From positions 12,819 through 76,818 of the IMG/VR virus record IMGVR_UViG_3300023718_000004: a stretch of 64,000 nt of DNA, one strand, 5' to 3'. The stretch comes from a virus. How positions within the stretch are numbered: position 1 is the stretch's first letter; the number at the start of each line of letters is the position of its first letter. The notes under the pieces were generated by a model, which searched no databases, was not told where the DNA came from, and worked only from the letters and a program-made list of their open reading frames with translations. Made by a program: the position numbers and the translations under genes. This document shows positions 1 through 9,957 of the stretch, piece after piece.

Positions 1-3000
1 GCGTTCATCTTGTTCGGATAAATATCCGTCTTTGTACTTCGCCCAGATTACCTTGATTCTGTAGAGGTCTTCCAGTTCATCTTCTTTTATGTTTTTTCCG
101 TTTCCTATTGATTTGTAACGAATCGAAGATGCAGCAGCCGCATTAAGAGTTTTCATATCAGATGCAAAAACAACAGCTGCACTTGCACTAGAGTTCCACG
201 GCAGACCACTCATCGTAACGGACTTATGAAAATTAGCAGAATCATAAAAGTCTGATTTAACATTTACTATCATGTAACCTGAGTTTACTGTTTTGCCACT
301 AAAAAACTGAAAAGCTGTTTTTCCATCATCAGAATAACCATAAATATCACTTGTTAAAATGGCCATTGTGCCATTATCGTTAACCAAAAGAGGCATTTCT
401 AGATTCAGTAATCCTGCTGAATCGGTTACTCCGTACTTAATTCCGCTTGAATCAAAAATAAGGCATTTATAGTTATTTTCATTTACATAATCTTTAAATA
501 TGGTTAATCCGTCAGAATCAAGCTTACTAGCCCATCCAGTTTCACGGCGGTTCAGTACCTCTAATATCCCATACCCATTATTTTTACCGCCAAGCTTTAA
601 TGTGCCACCCTTGGCGTAAGTGAACGAAATATATAGCTGATTTCCCTCTTTATAAATTCCTTTAATTGCGCCATCATTGGTTAAGAGGTTAAATATTTCT
701 TCATGTGTAAGTGCATCTACATCAATTACAACCGCCATACTTTGGGAATCTAATGGTTGTGAAAATCCACCCGCCGCGTATAAGGTACATTTTATGGCAC
801 TTACATCTCTTGGAATTCCAATTGACCTTCCAGAAGCCGTTGTTATAATTCCTCCCGCTTTAGTTGATAATACCGTATATAAATTATGTGAAACGCTTGT
901 TTCGTCTTTCGCAGAAGAATATACCGTTTTCCAATTTTCCCCATCTACGGATTCTTCGATTTTAAAACGACCTTTATATGCTGTTCGTGTTTCCGCGTTT
1001 CCATCGCGATACCAAGCACTCAAAGTAATATAGCTCGGGGCTACACTGCCATTCGCGCGTTGCTTAATAACATATGATGGGCTTTCAAGAAAATATGTTC
1101 TACCCGGAACTCCTTGTTCTCCCTTAATCTTTGTCCATGAATAGGCACCGGGGTTAGTGCTATCGGCTTCCGTATAATCTGTATACTGCCCGATGTATTC
1201 TTTTCCAGTGCTATCAGATACATCAAAGCCCATCTTACCATCCGCGCTGTTTGCGTAAGCTACATGGAAATATGGTGTTCTTCCGTCTGTTCCAGGTTTT
1301 CCTGGAGATCCATTTGCCCCATCTGCACCTTTTACAAGCGTCCATGCATAATCATCCGGGTTAGTGCTATCTTGTAGTTCAAAATCAACATATATACCGA
1401 TATATTCCCGGTTACTATCAGACACCGAAAAATCGGTTTTACCATCTGCGCTATTGGCATAAGCAATATGGGTGTAACTTGTTTTTCCATCTCGTCCAGG
1501 TTCTCCCGGAAGACCGTTCTTTCCATCGTTTCCCGCATAAATTTTTGAAATGGAAAATCTTTTGGTCACCGTCAAAGCACTAAGATAAGTTGCCCTAACA
1601 TCTACCCAACCATCATCGGCTGACAGCCCCGTTACCGTATATGTCTTTGCTGAATTGTTCCAGATTCCTGTTATACTATCTGATTTTGTGATTATAAAAT
1701 TACAATCATCTGTAATATCTTGTGTCCCGTACATTACTACAGCATGTGTAATCACATCGCTTGGAAATGTGCCGTAATTTCCATCAGAATCAACAGAAAC
1801 GCCCTGGTATTCATTGCTCAGTTGCAATGTCATGTTTTTGGCGAGAGCTGCCGCTTCCTGTGCCTGTTTCGCTGCCGACAATGCGTCCTCAGAATCTTTC
1901 AGTGCCTTTGTAACGTCCGTATCTTTCAGCTGTTTCCAATAATATCCATTGCCTTCATTTACAAAGCGGTATGCGTGGCTATCGCCATCGTAGTAAATGT
2001 CACCGACATGCTTGCTCATTTCGGTATCGTCCAGCCATTCATTGGCCGGATAATTGCTCAATGTAGGTACTGATGTTCCTGTCCAGGTATTTATATTCCC
2101 ATCGATCTGCCCCTGCATACTGTTTAACAGTCCATCCAAAGGAGATGCACCAATCCTAATTGAGGATCCATCCATTATTAATTGATGTTTAGTTATATCG
2201 GCAGAAAATATAATATTTCCGCTATTATCACGAACCACCAAGGCTCCCGTCTTAATCCAGTCAGCATTAACACCTGTAGCCGTAAGGATTCTGGCAATCA
2301 CATCACCATCAACCGTCATACCGCCATTCCAATGTTGTCCACCATCTGTAGATACCGCCCATGCTTCTGCGGTCATTTTCCATACAATGTCAGAATCGGA
2401 TAGCTGTGGTTTGTTGTGAAGATAATAGATATTGCTTCCGTCCGGCTGTGTTTCCACTGTCGTGTATGTTCCAGAAGATTCCGCAAGGCGTTGTGATAAT
2501 TCTTCCAGCGCTTTTTCCCTAGAAGTACGCTCATCTCTTAAGCTTTTTCTATATTCAGATTGTGCCTGTTGATTAAGGGTATATTGCTTCTGTTTGTTTC
2601 TTGAAACACTCTTCGCACTGCATTCTAATTGTTCAAAAGTTCCCGGGTTCAATGTAAGAGAAGTTAAATAACTCTTATGTTCTTCCCCATTCCTATCAGT
2701 GATTGTAATAGCATCCCCTGCTTCCAAAGCAATATCGGTTAGCGCGCTGGTTGTAAAAGGACGAAATTTTAATCCAACAGATCTTTCAGCAATTATTGAG
2801 CAAATCGTTTGTCCAGTCCCCGGTTGTATTAGCTTATTTTCGCTAATATCTATGATGTACCCCTCATCCCCTGATTGATATGTTTTAGCGTTACTTTCAG
2901 ATGAATTGCTTGAATACTCCGTTACTTTTACTCCTGTTATTTCGAGATCGTATAACCAAGGGGTAAATCCGCTTGTATCTTTGGAGGTAATATTAGCTGG

Positions 3001-3657
3001 AATATTAGATTCTTTTTCATACCATCCGATACACAATCTGCCGTATGCATCTGTTTTCGCCCACTGACAGCCCATCTGCGCTACCCATGCAATTACCTGT
3101 CGGAAAGTAATGCTACTATCATCTGGTCGATTCTGAATCACAAAATCATCATTATCAAACCTTGTAGATTGAAGTGTTACTCCGCACACCTCGCAAGCAT
3201 CCTGGATGATTTGTAATCTTGTTGCCGGATAAGTCAGTTTACTTTCTGAATAATCGCGATCAAATAATCGCATTGAATCTTCGCAGGTTAGGCTGATAAT
3301 TGCAGTGCTTTGATATGGAGCATCTGTTACCGTCATAGTACAGATACGGATTTTTTCAATGCCAGTAGATAATTCAAGCCCAATATAGCAAACAACTCTT
3401 GCTCCGTCCCAGATGTAATCTGTGTACTTTCCAGAAAAGTTGTTGATCTGCAGTGTCAACTTATTTACGATAGCTGCGCCGATATCAAAAGAACCGCTTT
3501 GCGATACTGCATCCTCAAACTTGAAGCCATTAGACCATAAATCTTTGTCAGTAATGGATAATTTGCTTCCGTCCGTAAAGGTAAAATCTGCATATTTCAA
3601 ATAGTTACGGTTCCCACTATTCTGTTGTTCTTTAAATTCCGTTGATAAATTTCGCAT
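1..3657 (-). CDS. Tail-associated protein / tail fiber (Tal-like N-terminal domain plus collagen-like GXY repeats). Partial: the C-terminus runs past the window start.
   Basis: ATG at 3657 with a GAGG RBS that overlaps the upstream stop. The manual translation (MRNLSTEFKEQQNSGNRNYLKYADFTF...) stays open to position 1. It contains GLPGEPGRDGKT / GSPGKPGTDGRT collagen-like repeats and duplicated HIAYANSADGK segments. It lies downstream of the TMP and Dit-like genes. Confidence 0.75.
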   Translation of the reverse strand, partial: MRNLSTEFKEQQNSGNRNYLKYADFTFTDGSKLSITDKDLWSNGFKFEDAVSQSGSFDIGAAIVNKLTLQINNFSGKYTDYIWDGARVVCYIGLELSTGIEKIRICTMTVTDAPYQSTAIISLTCEDSMRLFDRDYSESKLTYPATRLQIIQDACEVCGVTLQSTRFDNDDFVIQNRPDDSSITFRQVIAWVAQMGCQWAKTDAYGRLCIGWYEKESNIPANITSKDTSGFTPWLYDLEITGVKVTEYSSNSSESNAKTYQSGDEGYIIDISENKLIQPGTGQTICSIIAERSVGLKFRPFTTSALTDIALEAGDAITITDRNGEEHKSYLTSLTLNPGTFEQLECSAKSVSRNKQKQYTLNQQAQSEYRKSLRDERTSREKALEELSQRLAESSGTYTTVETQPDGSNIYYLHNKPQLSDSDIVWKMTAEAWAVSTDGGQHWNGGMTVDGDVIARILTATGVNADWIKTGALVVRDNSGNIIFSADITKHQLIMDGSSIRIGASPLDGLLNSMQGQIDGNINTWTGTSVPTLSNYPANEWLDDTEMSKHVGDIYYDGDSHAYRFVNEGNGYYWKQLKDTDVTKALKDSEDALSAAKQAQEAAALAKNMTLQLSNEYQGVSVDSDGNYGTFPSDVITHAVVMYGTQDITDDCNFIITKSDSITGIWNNSAKTYTVTGLSADDGWVDVRATYLSALTVTKRFSISKIYAGNDGKNGLPGEPGRDGKTSYTHIAYANSADGKTDFSVSDSNREYIGIYVDFELQDSTNPDDYAWTLVKGADGANGSPGKPGTDGRTPYFHVAYANSADGKMGFDVSDSTGKEYIGQYTDYTEADSTNPGAYSWTKIKGEQGVPGRTYFLESPSYVIKQRANGSVAPSYITLSAWYRDGNAETRTAYKGRFKIEESVDGENWKTVYSSAKDETSVSHNLYTVLSTKAGGIITTASGRSIGIPRDVSAIKCTLYAAGGFSQPLDSQSMAVVIDVDALTHEEIFNLLTNDGAIKGIYKEGNQLYISFTYAKGGTLKLGGKNNGYGILEVLNRRETGWASKLDSDGLTIFKDYVNENNYKCLIFDSSGIKYGVTDSAGLLNLEMPLLVNDNGTMAILTSDIYGYSDDGKTAFQFFSGKTVNSGYMIVNVKSDFYDSANFHKSVTMSGLPWNSSASAAVVFASDMKTLNAAAASSIRYKSIGNGKNIKEDELEDLYRIKVIWAKYKDGYLSEQDER

Positions 3658-3660
3658 ATC

Positions 3661-4026
3661 TTACCTCTCGATAAAATCAAAACTAAGTCCTTCCATGCGC
3701 TCATTGCCTATCCACCAACACTTAAAAGGGGATTCCCTGTCGCCAACATAGAATGTTCTGGTTTCGTGCTTATTTGCAGATAGCAAGTCTGGATATGTGA
3801 CCTGTATGTACTCTGGATTTACTGCCTGTATAATTTTGCAAGCAGTGTCCCAGTCTGGGCCATTCCAACCTACAGACAGCTTTCGTTTCTGTCCAACTCT
3901 GTTTTTATGCATGGTCGTATCGTCTGTTCTGCCGGATTCTGATGCCGATATATCCTGTAATCCCCATGTAAAAGAAGAAGGACAGGGCAATGCTACCCCA
4001 TCCACTTTAAGAAATACTTCTGCCAT
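3661..4026 (-). CDS. Putative tail tip component (short Dit-like protein)
   Basis: 121-aa ORF translationally coupled to the Tal-like gene. Position is consistent with a distal tail protein, but it is shorter than typical Dit. Confidence 0.35.
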   Translation of the reverse strand: MAEVFLKVDGVALPCPSSFTWGLQDISASESGRTDDTTMHKNRVGQKRKLSVGWNGPDWDTACKIIQAVNPEYIQVTYPDLLSANKHETRTFYVGDRESPFKCWWIGNERMEGLSFDFIER

Positions 4027-4069
4027 ATATTCACCTACTTTAGCACTCTGATTTCAAATTAGAGTGCTC

Positions 4070-4786
4070 TCAAGCAATCATTTTAGTTGCTTCACTTTGA
4101 ACAAATTCTTTAATTTGCTGATATCCCCATCCGCAATTAATAAGGCTGCTTACAAGCATTTCCATATTTTGTACTTTTGCTAAGTCATCACCTGTGAAGA
4201 AATCTCTAAGATTTTCTTTTGCTTTTACCCCATAATCACTTTCAAGCTCTTTGGCTGTTTTTCCGAATAAATTACGATAAATTAAATTTGTGTAATTTGG
4301 ATAAGCAAATCTTTTATTTTGGCTTTCCGTTATTTTCATCTTAATTGTATCTGTTAGGATATGTCGAATAACAACACCCTTGTCACGCTCGATTTGCCAT
4401 TGCTGACGTTCTGTATGAATTCTTTTTAATTCAGATTCCATTTTATTAAAAGCGTCAATGTATTTAAGTTTCCACTGTAATGCTTTTTCACCATTAAATC
4501 CCATGGCTAACAAGGAAAATCCATCTCTTGTTATAAGGTATTCGGTATACTCACGATTGTTTTCTCCGATATAAGAAGTTTTTATAAAATAATCAGAAAG
4601 GGGGATATCTCCCCTTTGAGAAATCTGTGTTACAAGACCTAAATGTTTGGTTTTACCCTCTGCGTCAACTTGTCCTTCAATTGCCCTTATTACTTCCTTG
4701 TGCTCTTTTTCGAAAGATTCTGCGATTTTTCTTGACGTAGTAAGTAACTTTTCTTCGTATCTTTTTCCAACGATTTCTACCAGCAT
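4070..4786 (-). CDS. Phage regulatory protein, Rha family
   Basis: N-terminal LLTTSRKIAESFEKEHKEVIRAIE matches the Phage_pRha signature (VA..F.K.H..VlR.I). AAAGGAG RBS. Confidence 0.65.
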   Translation of the reverse strand: MLVEIVGKRYEEKLLTTSRKIAESFEKEHKEVIRAIEGQVDAEGKTKHLGLVTQISQRGDIPLSDYFIKTSYIGENNREYTEYLITRDGFSLLAMGFNGEKALQWKLKYIDAFNKMESELKRIHTERQQWQIERDKGVVIRHILTDTIKMKITESQNKRFAYPNYTNLIYRNLFGKTAKELESDYGVKAKENLRDFFTGDDLAKVQNMEMLVSSLINCGWGYQQIKEFVQSEATKMIA

Positions 4787-4821
4787 AAATTCATATCTCC
4801 TTTATGATTTATTTTTTGGCA

Positions 4822-4858
4822 ACAAAAAAGCGCCTACCCCGAAAGGTAAACGCTTTAA
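4822..4858 (-). terminator. Leader terminator-like hairpin plus U-run between the motif and the Rha start
   Basis: Minus-strand AAAGCGTTTACCTTTCGGGGTAGGCGCTTTTTTG. Confidence 0.4.
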
Positions 4859-4899
4859 AAATTGCTTATTATGATTTTATATTATAGCATACGGCGAAA

Positions 4900-4926
4900 G
4901 TATCATTCAGTATATTATGGTATCAT
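4900..4926. promoter_or_regulatory. Conserved 28-bp motif, copy 1 (rc ATGATACC-N12-ATGATAC), upstream of the Rha operon
   Basis: Near-identical to the sequences at 19709-19736 and 29303-29330. Followed on the minus strand by a TATAAT-like box and a hairpin plus T-run (4822-4858) before the gene start. Confidence 0.5.
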
Positions 4927-5282
4927 TCTATAATTCCTCCCAACATTCTAATCAATTTCTGTTTGCGGTTATACTTCAAAATCTCGGAAATCTGCCCCAT
5001 CATATCATCCATTGTCATGTTGCTCTTCATGCTGTTGCAACGCTTACACGCCAGTTGCAGATTCTTAATATCATTGGTGCCGCCACGAGACAACGGCGTA
5101 ATGTGGTCGATTGTCATTTTCTTGAACTTGACAGGTTTACCGCATATCGCACATTTTCCGTTGCACTTGGCGTACACGCTCTTTTTCTGAAAGTCATTGA
5201 ACTGGATTCTGTTTGCCATACGATCACGCTTTCTGCTCCATAGATTTAAGAGCCTTAAAGGCCTGTTTTGCTTTCCAGGCAT
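4923..5282 (-). CDS. HNH endonuclease
   Basis: CAICGKPV...DHITPLSRGGTNDIKNLQLACKRCN, a classic HNH/zinc-finger motif. Confidence 0.75.
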   Translation of the reverse strand: MPGKQNRPLRLLNLWSRKRDRMANRIQFNDFQKKSVYAKCNGKCAICGKPVKFKKMTIDHITPLSRGGTNDIKNLQLACKRCNSMKSNMTMDDMMGQISEILKYNRKQKLIRMLGGIIE

Positions 5283-5475
5283 AATCGCTCAAAATCAACA
5301 GTTTCATTGTCATAAATTGCTTGTTATATGCAAAGGAAAGGCTTTTCTCTTTGTCCATCTCTTCTGTGCTGTTAAATCCATACTGTTCCATGAAATCATC
5401 CACAAGAAACTTGATTTTATCAATAGTGTCCTCTACTTCGAACATTGTGTTTTCTCTATCCATATTTTCTTCCAT
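5224..5475 (-). CDS. Hypothetical protein
   Basis: 83-aa ORF in an operon context. Overlaps the HNH gene start, so the true start is uncertain. Confidence 0.3.
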   Translation of the reverse strand: MEENMDRENTMFEVEDTIDKIKFLVDDFMEQYGFNSTEEMDKEKSLSFAYNKQFMTMKLLILSDYAWKAKQAFKALKSMEQKA

Positions 5476-5511
5476 TTTATTTTCCTCCTGTGTATCCCTG
5501 TAAAAATCTAA

Positions 5512-6333
5512 TCATGCGATTTCTACTCTATATGCAATCATCATTTCTTTAATCACGCTAACGTAAATCTCTTTCAGACGCTTATCTTGCATAATCACGG
5601 AAAGTTTATTAATTTGGTTAATCAGTTCTTTTGTGCAACCTCTTTCCTCAGCTCTGGAAATTGCATTTCTAAGTTTCTGATCTAATCGGCAACCAGCTCT
5701 GTCTGATAATCTGCGGTAGCTTTCGTTTCTGGCGGCGGCATATTTATTTCCGAATGAGTAAGAGAAATCATCACTCTCAGCAATCTTTGAAATACATCTG
5801 TTTACCCATTTCTCTGTGCCAACATCAGAATCCGTTCCTTTAAAGGTATCAATAATGGTTTTCATGTTCTTCTCTTGTTGATCGGCACGTTCCGCAAGTT
5901 TCTTCTGTTCCAGTTCAGTCTTGGCTACCTGTTGGAAAATCTGATTGAACATTTGCAGTTCGGGGGACAGTTTAGAATAATCAATTACTTGTTGTTTTAC
6001 CTTTTCTTCAAGTCTAGTAAAATATTCTCTAGCTTCTTCTGCTTTTTCGCTATTACCTTTTACCGATAACTTCTTTGCAAAATGAGCAGTAATTTTGTAG
6101 TCCTTAGTAGCCTGCCCTCCCCATTCGTCATTAATGACGAATGCCCAATAATCAACGTTTTCCTCTGCAAATTCATTTCCTGTAATGTTGCTCTTGCACC
6201 ATCTTGAATAATTGCTAGAATCCAATTCTAAAAAGGCATATAACTTTCTTGCAGTAGTCATTCCCTCTTCATCAATGCCAAGTGCGATTTCAATAGGTGT
6301 CCGGTTTGCTGTGTTAATTGTGATTTCGTTCAT
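5512..6333 (-). CDS. Phage antirepressor-like protein (Ant/KilAC-type)
   Basis: 273 aa. The C-terminal AHFAKKLSV...EEAREYF segment resembles KilA-C / antirepressor domains, in a lysogeny-type neighbourhood with Rha and RHH genes. Confidence 0.4.
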   Translation of the reverse strand: MNEITINTANRTPIEIALGIDEEGMTTARKLYAFLELDSSNYSRWCKSNITGNEFAEENVDYWAFVINDEWGGQATKDYKITAHFAKKLSVKGNSEKAEEAREYFTRLEEKVKQQVIDYSKLSPELQMFNQIFQQVAKTELEQKKLAERADQQEKNMKTIIDTFKGTDSDVGTEKWVNRCISKIAESDDFSYSFGNKYAAARNESYRRLSDRAGCRLDQKLRNAISRAEERGCTKELINQINKLSVIMQDKRLKEIYVSVIKEMMIAYRVEIA

Positions 6334-6457
6334 ATAGAAAATCCTCCTGTTGTTAAAAAATCTATTTGCAAACAGGGGATATACAGTGTTATAATTTGCA
6401 TATCCCCTGTAGGGGGTGTTGTATAAGGGACTGTTTCTTTCCTAGGGAGCCAGTTCC

Positions 6458-6670
6458 TTATTTTTCGCCTATTTCATCTTCTATTAGACCGATTCCTTTC
6501 ATAATGGTGTCCGTTCTTGAAATTCCAAGTTCTTCTGCACATTTGTCTATGCGTCCTTTTTCTTCTTTTGTAAGACGAATATTGAGCTTTTCCTTTCTTG
6601 ATTCACCATTTACAGGTGGTCTACCTGTTCTTGGGGACATTTTGTTCACCTCCTTATTTTGTCCTTGCAT
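6458..6670 (-). CDS. Ribbon-helix-helix (CopG/Arc-like) DNA-binding protein
   Basis: NIRLTKEEKGRIDKCAEELGISRTDTIMKGI fits a beta-strand plus two-helix RHH pattern. Confidence 0.5.
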   Translation of the reverse strand: MQGQNKEVNKMSPRTGRPPVNGESRKEKLNIRLTKEEKGRIDKCAEELGISRTDTIMKGIGLIEDEIGEK

Positions 6671-7388
6671 AATTCGTTATAATTTATGGTCGTACAAAAG
6701 TCAAGAGCATTTTCTATTATTTTAGAAAACGTATCAATCAAGGTTCTCGTCATTATGACGAACACCTTTTCGCTAAAATTTTAGTAGAATTGGCTTCCAC
6801 AAAATAATGGAGCCGAAATTTCGGCGGCTTATTCACTGTCGAATTTTCGACAGTGTGCGTCTCGTCTTTTAGGAAGAGTCGCAGTTAGCCGAAGTAAAAT
6901 TGACTTTGGTGATTGAAGCATCCACTTTTCCGCATGAATGCGGAGTCACTAGTCATTGTGGCGAACCTAGGACAAATTGTCCGAAATGCTAACCGTCATC
7001 AAATTGATGATAGTTCAAAATATCAATCATAGAAGTAGGGTGCATCAAATTAGAAGCACCCCTATTAAAAATAAAAGGTGTCGAAATTTCTACGCCTTTT
7101 CGCCATGTATGGCTAAAACCCATATAAGCTGCTCAAATTTGTGCACCTTGTATGAATAAACAGTTTGCCATAGTAACGAAAGGTCAATTTGTCCGTTCGC
7201 TTCTCATTGCGAAAAACAGCTCCATAAATTTGTGGAACAGCTATTAACCGTCTTGAAATTCACGACAGTTTTTTACTGACGATTCGTCATTTTGATGAAT
7301 CGTTATTTTTTTTCAAATTTCCTATTCCACTATCCGTTTTGGAGTGGTAAAATACAAATATCATACTGATTTAGGGAGGAAAACGCAT
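6671..7388. promoter_or_regulatory. 700-bp ORF-free divergent intergenic region densely packed with short perfect palindromes or hairpins
   Basis: cgtcat-t-atgacg, gccgaaatttcggc, ccgcat-ga-atgcgg, gacaa-a-ttgtc, tcatcaa-a-ttgatga, gggtgc...gcaccc, gacga-t-tcgtc. No coding potential. Confidence 0.4.
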
Positions 7389-8285
7389 ATGAAAAAATCC
7401 AAAAAGTTACTGGCAATTTTTACCATTATGTTACTGATTGTCTGTATGGCAGTTCCAGTATCGGCGGCTGGTAAAATCAACAAGAAAAAAGCCACTTTGA
7501 AAGTCGGTCAAACATTACAATTAAAAGTAACTGGAACAAAAGGAAAAGTAAAATGGACAAGTAGCAAAAAATCTGTTGCTACGGTATCTTCTAAAGGACG
7601 TGTAAAAGCGAAAAAGAAAGGTTCCGCTACAATTACCGCAAAGATTGGTAAAAAGAAATATACCTGTAAAGTTACTGTGAAAAAGGCTTCTAATGGCAAT
7701 GGCGGTTTTGGTGGAAATCCAAATGCTAACAGCAGTGGTAAAAAGAATGTTGTTAGTTATCATGCAGAATCTACGCCGTATGGAGCTGTGGCAATTCTGG
7801 AAAACCATTATGACCATGCAGTTGATCTGACCGTTGAATTTATCTATTATCTGAATGGAACAATGGTCGGAGTTGATAAGGATTATAATTTTGCGTTTGC
7901 AGCACATTCAAAATGTGCACTTCAAGGCTGGAATTCTGATAAAACGTGGGATTCTTTTAAAATCAATTTGAATATTAAGAAAGCATCTTCAAGTGTTATA
8001 ACAAATAACTCGGGAATTCATTATTCAGCCAATTTTGGAAATAGAAATGTAGTGGTAAAAGTAGATAACAATGGACGGAAAAATGCGTTTACCACTATTG
8101 CAATTGTATTTTATAAAAATGGTAGGATAGTGGGGTATGATGATCGTAATGCTGATGTAAAAAATCCAGGATCGACAGCTTATCTCGAATTTGATTTTCC
8201 ATTTGATAGGAATTTCGAGGATATCATACCAGATAAATTTGAAGTATATGTAAATGATTCGTATACATATAGCTGGATGAATTAA
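7389..8285 (+). CDS. Secreted Big_2 (bacterial Ig-like) domain protein
   Basis: GGGAGG RBS. Signal peptide MKKSKKLLAIFTIMLLIVCMAVPVSAAG. Big_2-like segment LKVGQTLQLKVTGTKGKVKWTSSKKSVATVSSKGRVKAKKKGSATITA. Confidence 0.7.
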   Translation: MKKSKKLLAIFTIMLLIVCMAVPVSAAGKINKKKATLKVGQTLQLKVTGTKGKVKWTSSKKSVATVSSKGRVKAKKKGSATITAKIGKKKYTCKVTVKKASNGNGGFGGNPNANSSGKKNVVSYHAESTPYGAVAILENHYDHAVDLTVEFIYYLNGTMVGVDKDYNFAFAAHSKCALQGWNSDKTWDSFKINLNIKKASSSVITNNSGIHYSANFGNRNVVVKVDNNGRKNAFTTIAIVFYKNGRIVGYDDRNADVKNPGSTAYLEFDFPFDRNFEDIIPDKFEVYVNDSYTYSWMN

Positions 8286-8292
8286 GATAAAA

Positions 8293-8322
8293 GGCTAGGG
8301 AGAAATCCCTAGCCGATTTTTT
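8293..8322. terminator. Bidirectional rho-independent terminator between convergent genes
   Basis: ggctaggg-agaaat-ccctagcc stem-loop followed by gatttttt. The reverse complement reads as hairpin plus ttttat. Confidence 0.55.
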
Positions 8323-9066
8323 CTACTTATCGTATGTTCTATGTTCAAACATTACTTTTGTTCCAAATATATCTATATCATTTGCGCCTGTATATAACTC
8401 TTCGTATGTTCCATTCTGGTTATCTTCTGTTTCGTAAGTAAACTGAGTTATAAATTTATATGATACGTTATTCAATTCGTATTCTCCGCTGACTTCTGCT
8501 AAGCCATTGCAAGCTTTGAATGTGCATTTACTCTCATTTTCAGTTCCGATATTCAATGAAATGGATTTATCCAACTCGCTTTGTAATATTTCTTGCGTTA
8601 TCCTCATAAGGAAAGTACGTTCTTCATCAGAAAGTTCGTTTTCGGTTTTTATTATCCAAGGAAATCTCATTGATAAAGGATGATCGCTTGAGCTATTTAT
8701 TTTCGTTCCACTTTTTGTATCATAGACATTAGTTGACAATAAAAAACCAACATTTGAACTAATACCTATGCTACAAATAGTGGTATAGTCAAACCATTCC
8801 TGTGAAGACATATTCGCAAAAATTTCATCCATTTCCATAAAACTGACATTTACTTTAAATAAATCAGTTCTGACGATAAGTGTTTTATATTCCGTCCCTT
8901 CCGAATCTTTTCCGCTGTATTCTTCTGTATAAAATGCATTATCATCATTTTCATACTGTTGCAAAAATGTATTTACATCATCAATACTTGCTTTTACTGC
9001 GATAGGTGAAAAACATTCACATATTATTAATGTTGACGCAACAATAACTCTTTTCACTTTCTTCAT
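8323..9066 (-). CDS. Secreted protein or lipoprotein of unknown function
   Basis: N-terminal signal peptide MKKVKRVIVASTLIICECFS. 247 aa. Confidence 0.5.
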   Translation of the reverse strand: MKKVKRVIVASTLIICECFSPIAVKASIDDVNTFLQQYENDDNAFYTEEYSGKDSEGTEYKTLIVRTDLFKVNVSFMEMDEIFANMSSQEWFDYTTICSIGISSNVGFLLSTNVYDTKSGTKINSSSDHPLSMRFPWIIKTENELSDEERTFLMRITQEILQSELDKSISLNIGTENESKCTFKACNGLAEVSGEYELNNVSYKFITQFTYETEDNQNGTYEELYTGANDIDIFGTKVMFEHRTYDK

Positions 9067-9129
9067 ACACTCATACCTCCCAATAATTGATACCCATATT
9101 GTACCACCTTTGGACGTATTCTGGAAGCC

Positions 9130-9363
9130 CTATTTCGCTTTTCTGTCAATTTCCGCAGTTACGGCAAACAAAAGAGCTTCGGCAAATTTTGCGCCAACCG
9201 AATCGGAGTATTTATCGTGAATCCGGCTTGCTTCCATGGTGAGATTTTCCCACTGCGGAATATCGTCCTTTGAGATAAAAGCATACTTCTTGTGGAGATT
9301 CCATATATCTTGCCAGATGGAAAAGTAAGTCTGTTTAAAGTCCATCAGCGTAAAGAACCCCAT
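9130..9363 (-). CDS. Hypothetical protein
   Basis: 77-aa ORF in a co-directional cluster. Confidence 0.3.
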   Translation of the reverse strand: MGFFTLMDFKQTYFSIWQDIWNLHKKYAFISKDDIPQWENLTMEASRIHDKYSDSVGAKFAEALLFAVTAEIDRKAK

Positions 9364-9640
9364 GATATTTCTCGAACCTATGCTCTTGCTTTATTTCTGG
9401 GTATTTGTTCCAATCTACCTTGCTATAAAACATCTTTGTTGGCCTGGCAAATAGTTCCTTACCGCCATACAAAGCTCTGTATACTACCAAATCTTCCCCT
9501 GTTTCTGTATGTCTGGCATATCCGATAAACTTATACAAATACTCGTTGTTGCGTGGCTCCTTGATGGTTTCTCTCTTAAAGTGCTGTACAATGTCTCCTG
9601 GTTCAAATAATGGTCTATACATTTTCTTTCTCCTCCTCAC
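9335..9640 (-). CDS. DUF1653-like protein
   Basis: YKFIGYARHTETGEDLVVYRALYGGKELFARPTKMF resembles the DUF1653 core (HYKGgeY...hsET...vVvYralYgd..lwvRP..mF). Confidence 0.45.
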   Translation of the reverse strand: MRRRKKMYRPLFEPGDIVQHFKRETIKEPRNNEYLYKFIGYARHTETGEDLVVYRALYGGKELFARPTKMFYSKVDWNKYPEIKQEHRFEKYHGVLYADGL

Positions 9641-9897
9641 CCAGCTAAAAGAATATCTCCAGGATTAACTTCATGGAGTTTTGTTATCTCAACATCTTTC
9701 TTACTCTCCCCTTCCCAAATCAAGCCAAGGCTCAGAGCGATTCCTTTAGCTTCGTTTTCACTTCTGGCGCATACAAGCACATCATTAATACCCATATCGC
9801 ATTCTATTCTCTTTGTTCTTGAAACCAAGTAAAGATTCCCGTTTATTTCCATGCTAACGTCCTCCATAATTTGTTGACTTCTTCGCCCGAAAATCAA
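9637..9897 (-). CDS. Hypothetical protein
   Basis: 86-aa ORF whose stop overlaps the downstream start. Confidence 0.3.
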   Translation of the reverse strand: MIFGRRSQQIMEDVSMEINGNLYLVSRTKRIECDMGINDVLVCARSENEAKGIALSLGLIWEGESKKDVEITKLHEVNPGDILLAG

Positions 9898-9957
9898 TTT
9901 TATTGGCTTATGCCTATATTTTATAGTGTGAGTGGTTTTGTAGCGGATCCGGTTATT

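Noticed and set aside
1720-2403. Plus-strand ORFs within the first 3.6 kb
   Set aside because: They overlap the long minus-strand Tal-like gene, which is open through position 1 and has clear domain content.
7344-7388. Upstream extension of the Big_2 gene (start at 7344)
   Set aside because: The GGGAGG RBS and signal peptide favour the internal ATG at 7389.
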